Below are positions 1 to 13,352 of a DNA stretch of 64,000 nucleotides, piece by piece; the first letter of the stretch is position 1; each line of letters starts with the position of its first letter. The notes under the pieces are model-generated. The model saw only the letters and a list, made by a program, of their open reading frames with translations, was not told the origin of the DNA and ran no database searches. A program made the position numbers and the translations under genes. The DNA is from Mobula birostris (taxonomy: Eukaryota), in NCBI RefSeq assembly GCF_030028105.1, contig NC_092373.1:55949450-56013449 (forward strand). The letters are read 5' to 3'.

Positions 1-1108
1 GAATTGATGGCTTTGTTGCCAAGTTTGCAGATGATATAAAGATTGGTGGAGGGGCAGGTGGCGTTAAGGAAACAAGTAGGATTCAGAATGACTTAGACAG
101 GTTAGGAGAATGGGCAAGAAAGTGGCAAATGAAATGCAACGTTGGAAAATGTATGGTCATGCACTTTGGTAGTAGAAATAAATGTGCAGACAATTTCTAA
201 ACAGGGAGAAAATCCAAAAATCTGAGATGCATAGGGACTTGGGAGTCCTTGTGTAGAACACCCTAAACTTGCAGGTAGAGTCGGTGGTGAGGAAGGCAAG
301 TGCAATGTCAGGATTCATTTCAAGAGGTCCAGAATACAAGAGCAAGGATGTGATGCTTTAGAAGGCACTGGTAAGGCCTCACCTTGAGCATTGTGAACAG
401 TTTTGGACCCCTCATCTTAGAAAAGATGTGCTGGCATTGGAGAAGGTCCAGAGGAAGTTCACGAGGATGATTTCAGGAATGAAAGGGTTATTGTACGAGG
501 AACGTTTGATGGCTCTGAGTCTGTACTCACTGGAATTCAGAAGGATGAGGGGAAATCTCATTGAAACCTTTTGAATGTTGAAAGGCCTAGACAGAGTAGA
601 TGTGGAAAGGATGTTTCCCATGGTGGGAGAGTTGAGGACAAGAGGGCCCAGCCTCAGGATAGAGGGCGCCCATTCAAATAGAGATAGAACCATAGAACAC
701 TACAACACAGAAAACAGGCTATTCGGCCCTTCTACTCTGTGCCAAAACATTATTCCACTAGTCCCATTGACCTGCATCCAATCCATAACCCTCCAGACCT
801 CTTCCATCCATGTACCTATCCAATTTATTCTTAAAACTTAAGATGCGGAGAAATTTCTTTAGTCAAAGGTTGGTGAATTTGGTGAATTTGTGGAATTTGT
901 AGCCACATGCTGCTGTGGAGGTCAGATCCTTGGGTGTATTTGAGACAGAGATTGATAGGTTCTTGATTGGAAATGGCATCAAAGGTTAAGAGGAGAAGGC
1001 TGGGAACAGGGGTTGAGGAGGATTAAAAAAAGGATCAGCCATGATTGAATGGCGGAGCAGACCTTATGGGCCAGATGGCCTAATTCTACTCCTATGTCTT
1101 ATGGTCTA
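1..1108 (+). mobile_element. CR1-clade LINE, 3' fragment (degenerate RT and 3'UTR)
   Basis: AKFADD motif at the start, CR1 C-terminal peptides, typical 3' tail. Interrupted at 686-840 by an inverted CR1 3' tail with an AGAT duplication. Confidence 0.85.
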
Positions 1109-2929
1109 AAACTGGTGCAGAATGAACAAGTTAAATATCTTCTATGTCAATGATGTCTTGGTTCTACTGTCTGAAAATCTCTTCTACTTCTCCACCTCTC
1201 ATGCTGATGATCACTTTATACCCTATATTTCTGACAATACTTCTGGTTACCCTTACAACTCCCTCCTTCATCTCAATGAAAATTTGTGACTGACAATACA
1301 ATTCTCTGCAGTATCGTCTGATTTTTTTTTGCCGTAATGTATAGAAGGTGTTACATCAATAAAAGTTGCTTTTTGGTCCAGCAACACTTCTTTTGATGGG
1401 ATAGTAATAATTATTTTAATTCTGGCACAATATCAACTACCTTTTTTTCATTTTATAATGTAAAGCAGCAGCCTTATTGCAAGAGGAGCTCTGTTGATTT
1501 AAAGCTAGTGCACAGAGAAAAGGAAGCAAGGAAGCACTTTATTCATCTTTCAAGGCGATATAAACAACAGGAGGGACTAATCCCAAATGGGAATTGTTAA
1601 AAGAGAAAAAAATAACACAATCTCAGTCAAACATTTACATAAGGATACTGTACCTCCTTGAATGCTTCATTTCAGAAAAAGGTAATAATTTCATTATTTT
1701 TAAATAACCATTCCTTTAAGGACTATTTATGATACAAGAGGTTCTTACCTTAGGTTGTTAACGTTAAATAATTCTACATACAAGAATATTTTATCATGAC
1801 TAAATTTTCCCTACGAATAGTTAGTACCATATTCATATTGATGCTTCTCTTCTTAAGTGCATGATTCCTCAAGTGGAAAAATACCACGAAAATTAAGCCA
1901 ACTATTTTCTAATTCAGCAGCGGCGCACGCATGCTGTTATGTTTCCTCACTCCTTAACGAGCAACTACAGAGCCCAGAAAAGTAGCATGTGATTTTATAT
2001 ACTAAAATTATAATATTTAATAGACACCACAGTTAAGAATTCGGTACTACACTAAAGGGCGGTACTCAACGAGGCGAGAATTTCACCTGTTACAAAAACA
2101 TCAAATTGCCGAAATTATTTATTTGCTCCTGCATCTTTTTCCACACCACGGAATATACTCGACTTGCAAGCGAAGCGAAGAGAATTTTTTTTGTTCTTTA
2201 CAAGATTACACTATTAGACATTTCAAAAATAAGGCATTTCAAAATCAGGAAATTAAACGAGCAGATAATTGAAAGTTATTACATTTCGTAACATTTCACT
2301 GACATTACACATACAAAACCAAATTTTCTTGACAAAAATCTAAATAACTCGACTCAACACAGGTGGATACGCATAACTTATCATATACAGTAGTTTGAAA
2401 ATCTTTTCTACGTGATCCGATTCGCTTTTTAAAGGTTTTTTAAAATAGCTTAATATTAAAATTCAGCAAGTAATAGTCAACAATACCTATGCTAGTCAGA
2501 CACAAAGCGAGGGCAACTTCACGATTAAAAACACTGCTAATTAATAAACCTGAGCAGCCCCTACATTCAAATCAACACACAATATATATGTTGATTATCT
2601 CTGTAATACTGGACCACTGTACGCTTCACTATACCACAAACAACTTTTATGAGGTGCAATTTCCATCTAACCACATTCTAGGACCGCTATTGGATTTCTA
2701 CACACGATGTTGAAATGCAAAATGCAAGACACCCATACTTGCCTTCTGTGCTTAATAAATGCTGCAAAACCCTTACAGAGGATGCTTTCTACTGTCACAT
2801 CGATTTCAGACACGGTATTTTGAGAGCCTTAGAATTATCTATCCTAAATTAAAATTCAGAGTGCTAGATTAAATAAAACAATAGCAGGAGATGCCCAGAG
2901 CTTTCACATCCACATTAGTCCTTAGAGGT

Positions 2930-3600
2930 TGGAACCAATAGAAAGCCGCCCAGGTCTGCAACCACTGCATCACTCTGCTTCCACGCTCACAGCGCCAGAG
3001 GCTCACGATCAGTGCAGTTTTTCATTCGATGCTTGGTACGTCAATCTCGATCTCGGGGAATGCGAATGACGCACAGTGGGCGTTGCCGTCTTTACCTCCT
3101 GGATTCCAGGCTTGCAAGCGGAGAGGGTGTAGAACTACAAATCCCACAGGCCTTTGCGTGGCAGCAAATACGTGGCAATGATTGGACAGGTTTGATTGTC
3201 CTTCCGGTGGGGCCGACGATCGGTTCGGTAAGTTTCCTTCTTTCGGTTTCAGAGGTGTGGTTGTTGTGAGGACGGAGGTGGCTGGGGAACCGACGGTTGT
3301 GTTTTAATTGGCTTCCGATGCTGGATGTGTGTCTGTAAGTTCTTGTCACTGTTTTTGTTTACTCCTTCCCTTGAAAGGCCTGTTGAGTTTGCGACACGGC
3401 TTACACTCGGGAGGTGTCCGCCCAGGGTGGTGTGGGCCGAGGGGAACCGACACCTTCGGCTCTTCAGGCCCCTGTCTGTGGGGCTGTGAGTCCGAGCGGT
3501 GCAGCTGGCTGGAAGGATTAGTTTCGAATGGAAGGATTAGCTGCAACTAGTAGTGTGGTTCTGGGCCTGATGACTGTAAGGAGTTTTAAACGATCAATTT
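2930..3600. promoter_or_regulatory. CpG-rich PDCD10 promoter, probably bidirectional
   Basis: Local CpG enrichment. CCAAT at 2935 and ATTGG at 3181; CRE-like TGACGCA at 3067; ZNF143/THAP11-type ACTACAAATCCCA at 3134-3146; ETS CTTCCGG at 3201. Confidence 0.75.
3195..3227 (+). other. PDCD10: Putative PDCD10 non-coding exon 1 (start uncertain)
   Basis: Strong donor CG|gtaagt at 3228 inside the CpG region; alternative donor gtaagt at 3335. Confidence 0.55.
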
Positions 3601-5039
3601 GCGGAAGCGTTTTGTTAGTTGGAGCTGTTTGGATTGAGTTCGGGTAATTCAGCGGTTACTCGCTCTTAGTGTAGCCGTTTTCGACGTATAGGCGATGTTG
3701 GCTATTTTTTTTCCTCTTAATTGAGAGTCACTGGCTTTGAGTTTGCAAATACGGAAAAGTGTTGCACCTGGTGGAGCACAACATTTTAAAAGGGCGTGCT
3801 ATAATTTGTAAAACATTGCAAACCAAACGAAACAACGCATTGTGTCAGATGCATTCGCAGGTGTGTTTGCTTTGGAGCACGGGCGCCCGTTTGAGGAGAA
3901 AAGCCTGCTCCACAAGTGTTTCACGAAGGTTTGGAATAGTATGAAATATAAAAGGTTAAGGAATCCTGACAAATTGCTGACTCACTATTTTAGAATAACT
4001 AGTAATCTACATCTCAGTTAATTTTTAGTTAACAATTACGCACATTTATTTTGATTAATCTTTAATCACGGATCCACCTTCACCTTCACCTTGAAAATAT
4101 TCGAAGGTGGTGTTTTTAATACTTAAGGCTCCAAAGAGTTGTCTGCAGTTTCCAAAGAGGGCGAAACTTCAAATTGTCTATCTTAATTGGTTGATCCTTT
4201 GCCCCCAACCTGTAATAAACAGTGGCCTCTGCTTCTTGTTTCTCCCACAAGAGGCGGCATCCACCTTGTTCAGGTCACCTCTCGCCATTGTAAATACCAA
4301 TGGATTGTACAGTTCCTTTCGACAACCTTCATTTTCCAGATATTAGTCTAGTAAATATTTCCAACACATCTGCATTTTTACTCAAGACTGGTACAGTGCC
4401 CTAAACTGAATGTGATTTCATTAATAGTCAATATTTGTAAAGTATACACTTCTACTTTTCCATTCCCTGAGCAATGAATTGTTTTCTGTTAGCTTTTCTA
4501 CTTACAAAACTCTGAAGTGCACAATCTTCCGCTGTTCAGTTAATATCTAAGGGTGGGGAAGCACAGTTTCACACTTACACCATATTGTACTCTAGTTGGC
4601 ATATCCTTGCCTGATCTGTGTATCACCATAGTCTTGTCCCATTCACAAGTAACTTCTGATATGCTGAGAAAATTTGTGACCTTTTGGAGCTTTGAGTCAT
4701 TTATAGATGTGTTTTAATTATGATAAAATTGAGTTTGATCCCTGTAGCACAGCTGCATAACGTGTTGTCACATAAAAGATGAACTATTTATGCCCACCCT
4801 CTTCCCTGTTAGCCAGCGATCCTTCTGTCCATGCCATTACATTGGAACTCTGCCACCTTAGTTCTTTATTCTCCAAAGGGCATTTTTACTGTATTCAGTG
4901 TTTTGCCTTTATCTTAATGTACAAGCTACTCCAATAAATTGGTCAAACGTGTTTCCCCATTCCCAAAACCAGGTTGACTATACGAGCAGAAGAACATCAG
5001 AAAGATTTTTTTTAATAAAAACAATATATTGGCGTATAT

Positions 5040-5415
5040 CTTGAACTTTCAATAATTGCTCCCCTCACCTTCATTTCCATTTCCCTCTCTCATCTTATCT
5101 CCTTGCCTATCACCTCCCTCTCGTTCTCTTCCATCTTCCCTTTCTTCCATAGTCTTCTACCCTCTCTTATCAGATTACCCCTTTTCCAGTCCCTTATCAT
5201 ATAAGGCTTATATCCTTCACCTAGCAACTTCCAAGCTCTTTAATTCAACCCTTCCCCTCTCCCGGTTTCACCTATCACCTACCACCCCTGCTCTGACTTT
5301 TCATCCTCTTTTTTTCAGTCCTGATGTAGAGTCTCGGCCTGAAACTTTGACTGTTTACTCTTTTCCATAGATGTTGCCTGGCCTGCTTAGTTCCTTCAGC
5401 ATTTTGTATGTATAT
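5040..5415 (+). mobile_element. Penelope terminal-repeat fragment
   Basis: Pyrimidine-rich tract, decayed hammerhead at 5316-5353, gcctggcctgct...ttccttcagcattttgt tail; homologous to 56280-56680. Confidence 0.75.
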
Positions 5416-7197
5416 ATAGGGGTATGTAATTATTCTATTAAATATGTTTTTTTGAAATTTAAAAGCAAAATAGTGCAGCTGCTGGAAAATGATAAAAGGA
5501 AAAAATGCATCAGTTACTTAGAAAATTAAGCAGTATTCATTTAGGGTGACAAGATTGATGTCCTTTTATCAGAACTGGACATGGTTAAGATAAAGAACAA
5601 AGGGAAGGATTGTTAGGGTCGATCGAATGACCAGTGCTATCTCTAGCTGAAAAAGGTGTAGTGGGGGTGTAAATGGAAGGAAATTTCATTGACCTCCAAT
5701 ACAGAGAAAACAAATGCACATTCTCTGTGATGGAAATAAGATTGTGATTGCAATGGCTGATTAACTGCAGTGACTTCTGAAGGAAGTAATATGTCAAGCT
5801 GTAAGATGAGTTGCTATTCCTAGACCTTGTGTCAAGCCTCATTGGAGCATGGTAGGGTGCCAAATGTGCAGTGGTGTGACCAGGTCAAAGTGAATGTATT
5901 CTGCAAAACTGTCATCAAATCTACTTGTAGCCACTAAGTAGCAAAGATGGTATTGTGAGCTTGAATGCTGCATTTTTAGTTAGACAATAGACAACAGAAG
6001 ATAACTAAAAAGGCAATATGGAGAGAAAAGATGAGGTACGAAGGTAAGCTAGTCAAGAATATGAAGGAGGATAGTAAAAGCTTCTTTAGGTATGTGAAGA
6101 GGAAAAAATTACTTAAGACCAAAGTTGGGCCCTTGAAGACAGAAACGGGTGAATTCATTATGGGGAACAAGGAAATGGCAGTCGAGTTGAACAGGTACTT
6201 TGGAGCTGTCTTCACTAGGGAAGACACAAACAATCTCCCAGATGTAATAGTGGCCAGAGGACCTAGGGTAATGGAGGAACTGAAGGAAATTTATATTAGT
6301 CAGAAAATGGTGTTGGATAGATTGATGGGACTGAAGGCTGATAAACCCCCAGGGCCTGATGGTCTGCACCCCAGGGTACTTAAGAAGGTGGCTCTAGAAA
6401 TCATGGACATATTGGTAATCATTTTCCAATGTCCTATAGATTCAGGATCAGTTCCTGTGGATTGGAGGGTGGCTAATGTTATCTCACTTTTTAAGAAAGG
6501 AGGGAGAGAGAAAACAGGGAATTTTAGACCAGTTAGCCTGACAACAGTGGTGGGAAAGATGCTGGAGTCCATTATAAAGGATGAAATAGCGGCACATTTG
6601 GATAGCAGTAGCAGGATAGGTCCGAGTCAACATGGATTTATGAAGGGGAAATCATGCTTGACTAATCTTCTGGAATTTTTTGAGGATGGAACTATGAAAA
6701 TGGACAAGGGAGAGCCAGTGGATGTAGTGTATCTGGACTTTCAGAAAGCCTTTGATAAGGTCCCACATGGGAGATTAGTGGGCAAAAGTGGTATTGGGGG
6801 TAGGGTACTGACATGGATAGAAAATTGGTTGGCAGACAGGGAACAAAGAAAGTTCAGAAGGTCCCTTTCAGAATGGCAAGCAGTGACTAGTGGGGTACCA
6901 CAAGGCTCGGTGCTGGGACCGCAGCTATTTATAATATACATTAATGATTTAGATGAAGGGATTAAAAGTAACATTAGCAAATTTGCAGATGACACAAAGC
7001 TGGGTGACAGTGTGAAATGTGAGGATGTTAAGAGAATGCAGGGTGACTTGGACAGGTAGGGTGAGTGGGCAGATGCAGTTTAATGTGGATAAATGTGTGG
7101 TTATCCACTTTGGTGGCAAGAACAGGAAGGAAGATTACTATCTAAATGGTGTCGAGTTAGGAAGAGGGGAAATACAACGAGATCTAGGTGTCCCTGT

Positions 7198-8075
7198 TGT
7201 TACGTAACTGGCAACAATAAATATCAATCGAGACAGGTTATATAAAAACAACCAAACATTTATTAAACACGGATAAATGATAAAAAAAACACGAAAACCT
7301 TGACTGGAAGTTAACCGCTATGCAGCTGTTCAACAAATAGTCACTCGGCACTAGTTCTTAAAGCGTTAAATGTGAGAACAGTTCTTAAAGCGGTAAAGTC
7401 AGATATAGTTCTTAAAATGGTAAATTTGAAAGTCCAACAGATTTATACGTTCAATTGGGAGGGACTTCTCTGGAGAAGGATTTCTTCATAGACACGACTT
7501 TCCTGCTGGTTCTGTCCAAAGGATTCACGATGCAGGAAATAAACAGTTTAAAACAACTGACCTTAAATTCTAGAGAGCAAACCTTGCATGAACCCTCTCT
7601 CTTTTGGTAAGAGTTATCTTCGATACAGGTCACTACTCCTTCAATGAAGACTCAATAAGGTCGATCCTTTGTTAGACTGCCTAACGAAACCGACTCCTCT
7701 CAATCCTTCGGGTCCTGTACTTTGATTAAGTCTTCACTCTCCCGTACTACTGCTGGAATAAGGTACATCAACACATCTAGCAAAAATTTCCAGTCCCGCA
7801 CTATTGTACCTTGCAATAGAACGTAACAACCGTTTTAAAAATGAAACTGCGTCTTAAAAAAATACGCAACAGAAACGGAAACACAGTACGTTCTAGCTGG
7901 AAATCTAAAAACTAAAAACTCACTGCGTCATCTGGGGTCTTCCCTTATATACCTGTGGTACAGATGTCATCATGTGACCTCACATCAGCGGGAAAATTAC
8001 ATCAGGTGACCTCCAAAAGACCATTACATCATTCTCGCAAAAAGAAAATCACTGATCTCCTTGAGGTATGTAACA
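7198..8075 (-). mobile_element. Solo LTR, 878 bp (Gypsy- or ERV-type)
   Basis: TGTTAC...GTAACA termini; 4-bp TSD CTGT (7194-97/8076-79); removing it restores the CR1. Minus-strand TATA near 7950 and AATAAA near 7262. Confidence 0.85.
7353..7433. repeat. 27-bp tandem repeat x3 inside the LTR
   Basis: Units beginning agttcttaaa at 7353, 7380 and 7407. Confidence 0.85.
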
Positions 8076-8989
8076 CTGTTCATCAGTCACTGAAAGTAAG
8101 CATGCAGGTACAGCAGGCAGTGAAGAAAGCTAACGGGATGTTAGCCTTCATAACAAGGGGAGTTCAGTGTGGGAGCAAAGAGGTCCTTCTGCAGTTGTAC
8201 AGGGCCCTGGTGAGACCACACCTGGAGTATTGTGTGCAGTTTTGGTTTCCAAATTTAAGGAAGGACATTCTTGCTATTGAGAGAGTGCAGCGAAGGTTCT
8301 CGAGGTTAATTCCCGGAATGGTGGGACTGTCATAGTTGGGAGATTTGAGTGACTGGGCTTGTATACACTGGAATTTAGAAGGATGAAAGGGGATCTGATT
8401 GAAACATATAAGATTATTAAGGGATTGGACATGCTAGGGGCAGGAAACATGTTCCCGATGTGGGGGAGTCCAGAACCAGAGGCCGCAATTTGAGAATAAG
8501 GGGTAGGCCATTTAGAACGGAGTTGAGGAAAAACTTTTTCACCCAGAGAGTTGTGGATCTGTGGAATGCTCTGCCTCAGAAGGCAGTCGAGGCCAATTCT
8601 CTAGATACTTTCAAGAAAGAGTTAGATAGAGCTCTTAAAGATATGGGGAGAAGGCAGGAACGGGGTACTGATTGTGGATGATCAGCCATGATCACAGTGA
8701 ATGGTGGTGCTGGCTCGAAGAGCCGAATTGCCTACTCCTGCACCTATTGTCTATTGTTAGAAAGTTGCTACATTTAGGAGTGTTTGGGTCTCTAGATTTT
8801 GGTTTGAGCAAATGTTGCAACCTGCAATTGTACAGGAGGCTGCCTTGAGAAAAGCGGAGTTTTGAAGATGGAAGGATAGATTGTAATGTCACCAGGCTGT
8901 TGGTTCTGTTGTCAAAAAATGAGATTAACTATTGAATGTGATGGCTAGTGGGATAGGTGAGGGTTGGCAGCCCTTTTTTTTGGTGATAG

Positions 8990-10630
8990 GACAGCAAATT
9001 CAGTGATTGCAATAATAACCATAATAGAATCAATGAACGACCACACCCGCTGGGTGTTCAACAAGCGTGCAAAAGACAACAATTTGTGCAAATACAAAAA
9101 GAAAGATAATAAATAAGCAATAAATATTGAGAACATGAGATGAGTCCTTGAAAGCAAGTCCATAGGTTATGGGAACATTCCAGTGAAGCTGAGCAATGTT
9201 ATCCCCTTTGGTCCAAGAGTTTGATGGTTGAGGAGAGTAACTGTTCCTGAACCTGGTGGTGAGAGTCCTGAGCTTCCTGTACCACCTTCCTGATGGCAGC
9301 AGTGAGAAGAGAGCATGTCCTGGGTGGTGGATGATGATGGATGCTGCTTTCCTGTGACAGTGCTGTGTAGATGTGCTCAATGGTGTAGAGGGCTTAACCT
9401 ATGATGGACCGGGGCATGTCCACTATTTTTAGTAGGATTTTCTGTTCAAGAGCATTGTGTTTCTATGCTAGGCTGTGATGCAGCCAGTCAATATACTCTC
9501 CGCCACACATTATAGAAGTTTAAGTTTTAGATGTCATGCTGAATCTTCGCAAATTTCTAAGTAAAGGCACTGTTTTGCTTCCTTTGTAATTGTACTTGCA
9601 TGCTGGATCCTGGACAGATCCTCTGAAATGGTAACGCCGAGGAATTTAAAGTTGCTGAACCTCTCACCTGATACCTCAATGAAGATTGAATCATAGACCT
9701 CTGGTTTCGTCCTCCTGAAGTAAATAATTAGCTCCTTGGTCTTGCTGAAATTAAGAGGTTATTGTTATGGCACCACTCAGCTAGTCACCACCTTTGACTT
9801 GGCCTACAACAGTGGTGTCATTAGCCAACTTGCATTGGAGCTGTGCTTAGCCACACAGTCATAAGTATAAAGTGAGTAGAGCAGGGGGCTAATCACAGAG
9901 CTCGCTGGTGCACCTGTGCTGGTGGAGATCATAGAGATCTCGTTGCCAATCCAAACTGATTGGGGTGTGCTTTTGAGGATTCAATTGTGCATGGACATAT
10001 TGAGGCCGAGGTGTTGGAACTTATAGATTAGTTTTGAGAGGATGGTAGTATTAGATGCTGAGTTGTAGTCAATACAAGCATCTTTGCTGTGTAGATGTTC
10101 TAGGGTTGAGTGATGAGCCAATGAAATGTCAACTGCTGTGGACCTGCTGTGCCGGAAGACAAATTTATTTTATTTATTAAGATACAGCATAGAGTAGGCT
10201 GTTCTGGCCCTTCAAGCCATGCTGCCTCACAATCCCCCAATTTAATGTTGGCCTAATCACAGCACAATTTACAAAGACGAATTAACTTATCAACTGATGT
10301 CTTTGGACTGGGAGAGGAAGCTGGGGCAAAGCCACCTTGTCACAGAGAAGGTATAAACTCTGTACAGGCAGCGGCAGGGTTGAGCCCAGGACGCTGGCAC
10401 TGTGAAGTGTTGTGCTAACCATTCTGCTGTCGGGCCACACCCAATTTGGAGTGGATCTTAGTCACTTCTCAGACAGAGGTTGATCTTCATCACCAACCTC
10501 TCAAACACTTCATCACTGTGAATGTAAGTGCTACTGGACTGTAGTCATTGAGGCAGGTTACCACATCCATTGTAGGTACTGGTATAATTGAAGCAAGTGG
10601 GTACCTCAGACTGCTGAAGCAAGAGTGCAT
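8990..10630 (-). mobile_element. Rex1/Babar-type LINE 3' portion, degenerate
   Basis: HPGHALFSLLPSGRWYRKLRTLTTRFRNS peptide (ORF 9030..9380), typical of the Rex1 C-terminus. Confidence 0.75.
10163..10440 (-). mobile_element. V-SINE (HE1-like) inserted in the Rex1 element
   Basis: tRNA-like head, V-domain cagtccaaagacat, CR1-like tail, (TAAA)n end. Confidence 0.7.
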
Positions 10631-11348
10631 TGTGTATTAGAACAAGAAGCAGCATTGATAAAGTAATAAGCAAACTGGAAAAGTTTGTGATGTGGTCTGG
10701 GTAAGACTGGAACAAATAATATTCTGCACAGAATACAAAATGACAGCTGTAGGTTTACTCCGTTTGGGTTCCTGTAGCAATGATATTGATTTGAAGGAGG
10801 TAAATAAAAGTCCATGGTCAGCAATGAAAGAGTGTCATATGTGATATATTCTTGAAATTAAAACATTTTAAATTTGAAATATTTAAGGATTACAATCCGG
10901 TTTGGTTAGACAGAACTATTGAGTGAGCAGGATGGGTCTCTAGAAAGGTTATGGACAACAGTAATTCAGTAGGCTCGCACGTGTACTGTAGAATGGTTTT
11001 AAAATGGCCAGCAGGTGGCAAAACCAAAGATGACTTCCATGGCAGCTGGAGTGAGTTAAAAGTGGAGGCTATTACAGGGACTTAGATTAAGGCCCTCATT
11101 GGATAGCGTGATATAGTGGTGAAAACTTGAGTAAAAAGAATGCTGGGGTCAACTGTCTGATTCAGCAGAAGGCAAGTCAGAAGATTGCAAGTTTTGGAAT
11201 AGGTGTGCAGGTTGTTCTCTTAGAGACGGTCCTATCAATTGATATATACTGCAGGTCACTTAGTATTGCAGTGGATAGAATTTTGCAGAAAGTGTTGGTG
11301 TTGTCTGTCTTTTGTCTTGAAGTGCCTACTGTAGTTATGGAAGATATA

Positions 11349-12952
11349 CAGTGGCATGCAAAAGTTTGGGCACCACTGGTCAAAATTTCTGTTACTGTGA
11401 ATAGCTAAGCGAGTAAAAGATGATCTGATTTCTAAAAGGCATAAAGTTAAAGATGACACAGTTCTTTAATATTTTAAGCAAGATTACTTTTTTATTTCCA
11501 TCTTTTACAGTTTCAAAATAACAAAAAAGGAAAAGGGCCCAAAGCAAAAGTTTGGGCACCTTGCATGGTCAGTACTTAGTAACACCCCCTTTGGCAAGTA
11601 TCACAGCTTGTAAACACTTTCTGTAGCCAGCTAAGTCTTTTAATTGTTTGGGGGATTTTCGCCCATTCTTCCTTGCAAAAGTCTTCTAGTTCTGTGAGAT
11701 TCTTGAGCCGTCTTGCATGCACTGCTCTTTTGAGGTCTATCCACAGATTTTCGATGATGTTTAGGTCAGGGGACTGTGAGGGCCATGGCAAAACCTTCCG
11801 TTTGCGCCTCGAGGTAGTTGATTGTGGATTTTGAGGTGTGTTTAGGATCATTATCCTGTTGTAGAAGCCATCCTGTCTTCATCTTCAGCTTTTTTACAGA
11901 CGGTGTGATGTTTGCTTCCAGAATTTGCTGGTATTTAATTGAATTCATTCTTCCCTCTACCAGTGAAATGTTCCACGTGCCACTGACTGCAACACAAGCC
12001 CAAAGCATGATCGATTCACCCCCGTGCTTAATGGTTGGAGAAGTGTTCTTTTCATGAAATTCTGCACCCTTTTTTCTCCAAACATACCTTTGCTCATTGT
12101 GACCAAAAAGTTCTATTTTAACTTCATCAGTCCACAGGACGTTTCCAAAATGCATCAGGCTTGTTTAGATGTTCCTTTGCAAACTTCTGACGCTAAACTT
12201 TGTGGTGAGGACGCAGGAAAGGTTTTCTTCTGATGACTCTTCCATGAAGGTCATATTTGTGCAGATGTCGCTGCACAGTAGAACAGTGCACCACCACTCC
12301 AGAGTCTGCTAAATCTTCCTGAAGGTCTTTTGCAGTCAAACACGGTTTTGATTTGCCTTTCTAGCAATCCTACGAGCAGTTCTCTCAGCAAGTTTTCTTG
12401 GTCTTCAACTTGACCTCCACCTTTCCTGTTAACTGCCATTTCTTAATTACATTATAAACTGAGGAAACGGCTACCTGAAAGCGCTTTGCTATCTGCTTAA
12501 AGCCTTCTCCTGCTTTGTGGGCATCATTTATTTTAATTTTTGGAGTGCTAGGCAGCTGCTTGGAGGAGCCCATGGCTGCTGATTGTTGGGACAAGGTTTG
12601 AGGAGTCAGGGTATTTATAAAGCTTTGAAATTTGCAACACCTGGCCTTTCCTAACAATGACTGTGAACAAGCCGTAGCCCGAACAAGCTACTTGCGGTCT
12701 GAGACCTTGGTAAAAGTTATCTGAGAGCTCAAATCTCTTGGGATGCCCAAACTTTTGTATGGTGCTCCTTTCCTTTTTTTTCCACTCTAAAGTTATACAA
12801 AACAAAACTAATACACTAATCTTGCTTAAAATGTTGAAAAGAATGTTTCATCTTTAACTTTGACTTTTGGAGATCAGTTCATCTTCTACTCACTTAACTA
12901 TTCACAGTAACAGAAATTTTGACCAGGGTGCCCAAACTTTTGCATGCCACTG
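11349..12952 (-). mobile_element. Full-length Tc1 transposon (IR/DR type), transposase disrupted
   Basis: Matching TIRs CAGTGGCATGCAAAAGTTTGGGCACC; TA TSDs at 11347-48 and 12953-54; WTDE, QDNDPKH and SPDLNIIE motifs split across frames. Confidence 0.95.
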
Positions 12953-13352
12953 TAAATAGCATATAGGAGGGCACAGATCACTTGTTCAGTAGACAATGGG
13001 ATCTGTGCCAGGTTTGAGAACTTCATTTTCAAATTTTTTTTTCTCAATCACAAATACTGTTGGTAGTGCACTGATGTGAATTTCAGCATCAATGTCTGCC
13101 TTTGCCAAGAGGTGGCTCATATGAAATTGGAAGTGATCTTAGTTTTGTGGTCACACCATGAGCCTTTTATTGTCAGAGGGTAGGAGGAGAAACCCTGTCT
13201 TGCAGGTCTTGTGGAAGACCCATTCTTGTTAGCTTTGGTGAAAGTATTGATGATCTAGAGCTTAGCATGCCTGTCTGAGCATGGTACTTTCATCTTTAAA
13301 TGCTGCAGCCTACAAAGTTATTTGGCCCGTCTGGATATTTAGGAAATGTATA

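Larger units (their letters stand above)
5985..8757 (+). mobile_element. 5'-truncated CR1 LINE interrupted by a solo LTR
   Basis: ORF 6031..7059 with RT motifs ([25 protein letters not shown]); continues after 8079; 3' tail ctattgtctattgt. Confidence 0.92.

Noticed and set aside
1913-1935. REST/NRSE-like site TTCAGCAGCGGCGCAC
   Set aside because: Only the left half resembles the consensus; the GGACAG right half is absent.
3012-3550. Short ORFs in the CpG-rich region
   Set aside because: No recognisable protein; expected by chance in a GC-rich promoter.
7353-7433. Regularly spaced repeats resembling a CRISPR array
   Set aside because: Simple 27-bp tandem units with homologous interiors, inside a eukaryotic LTR; no unique spacers and no cas genes.
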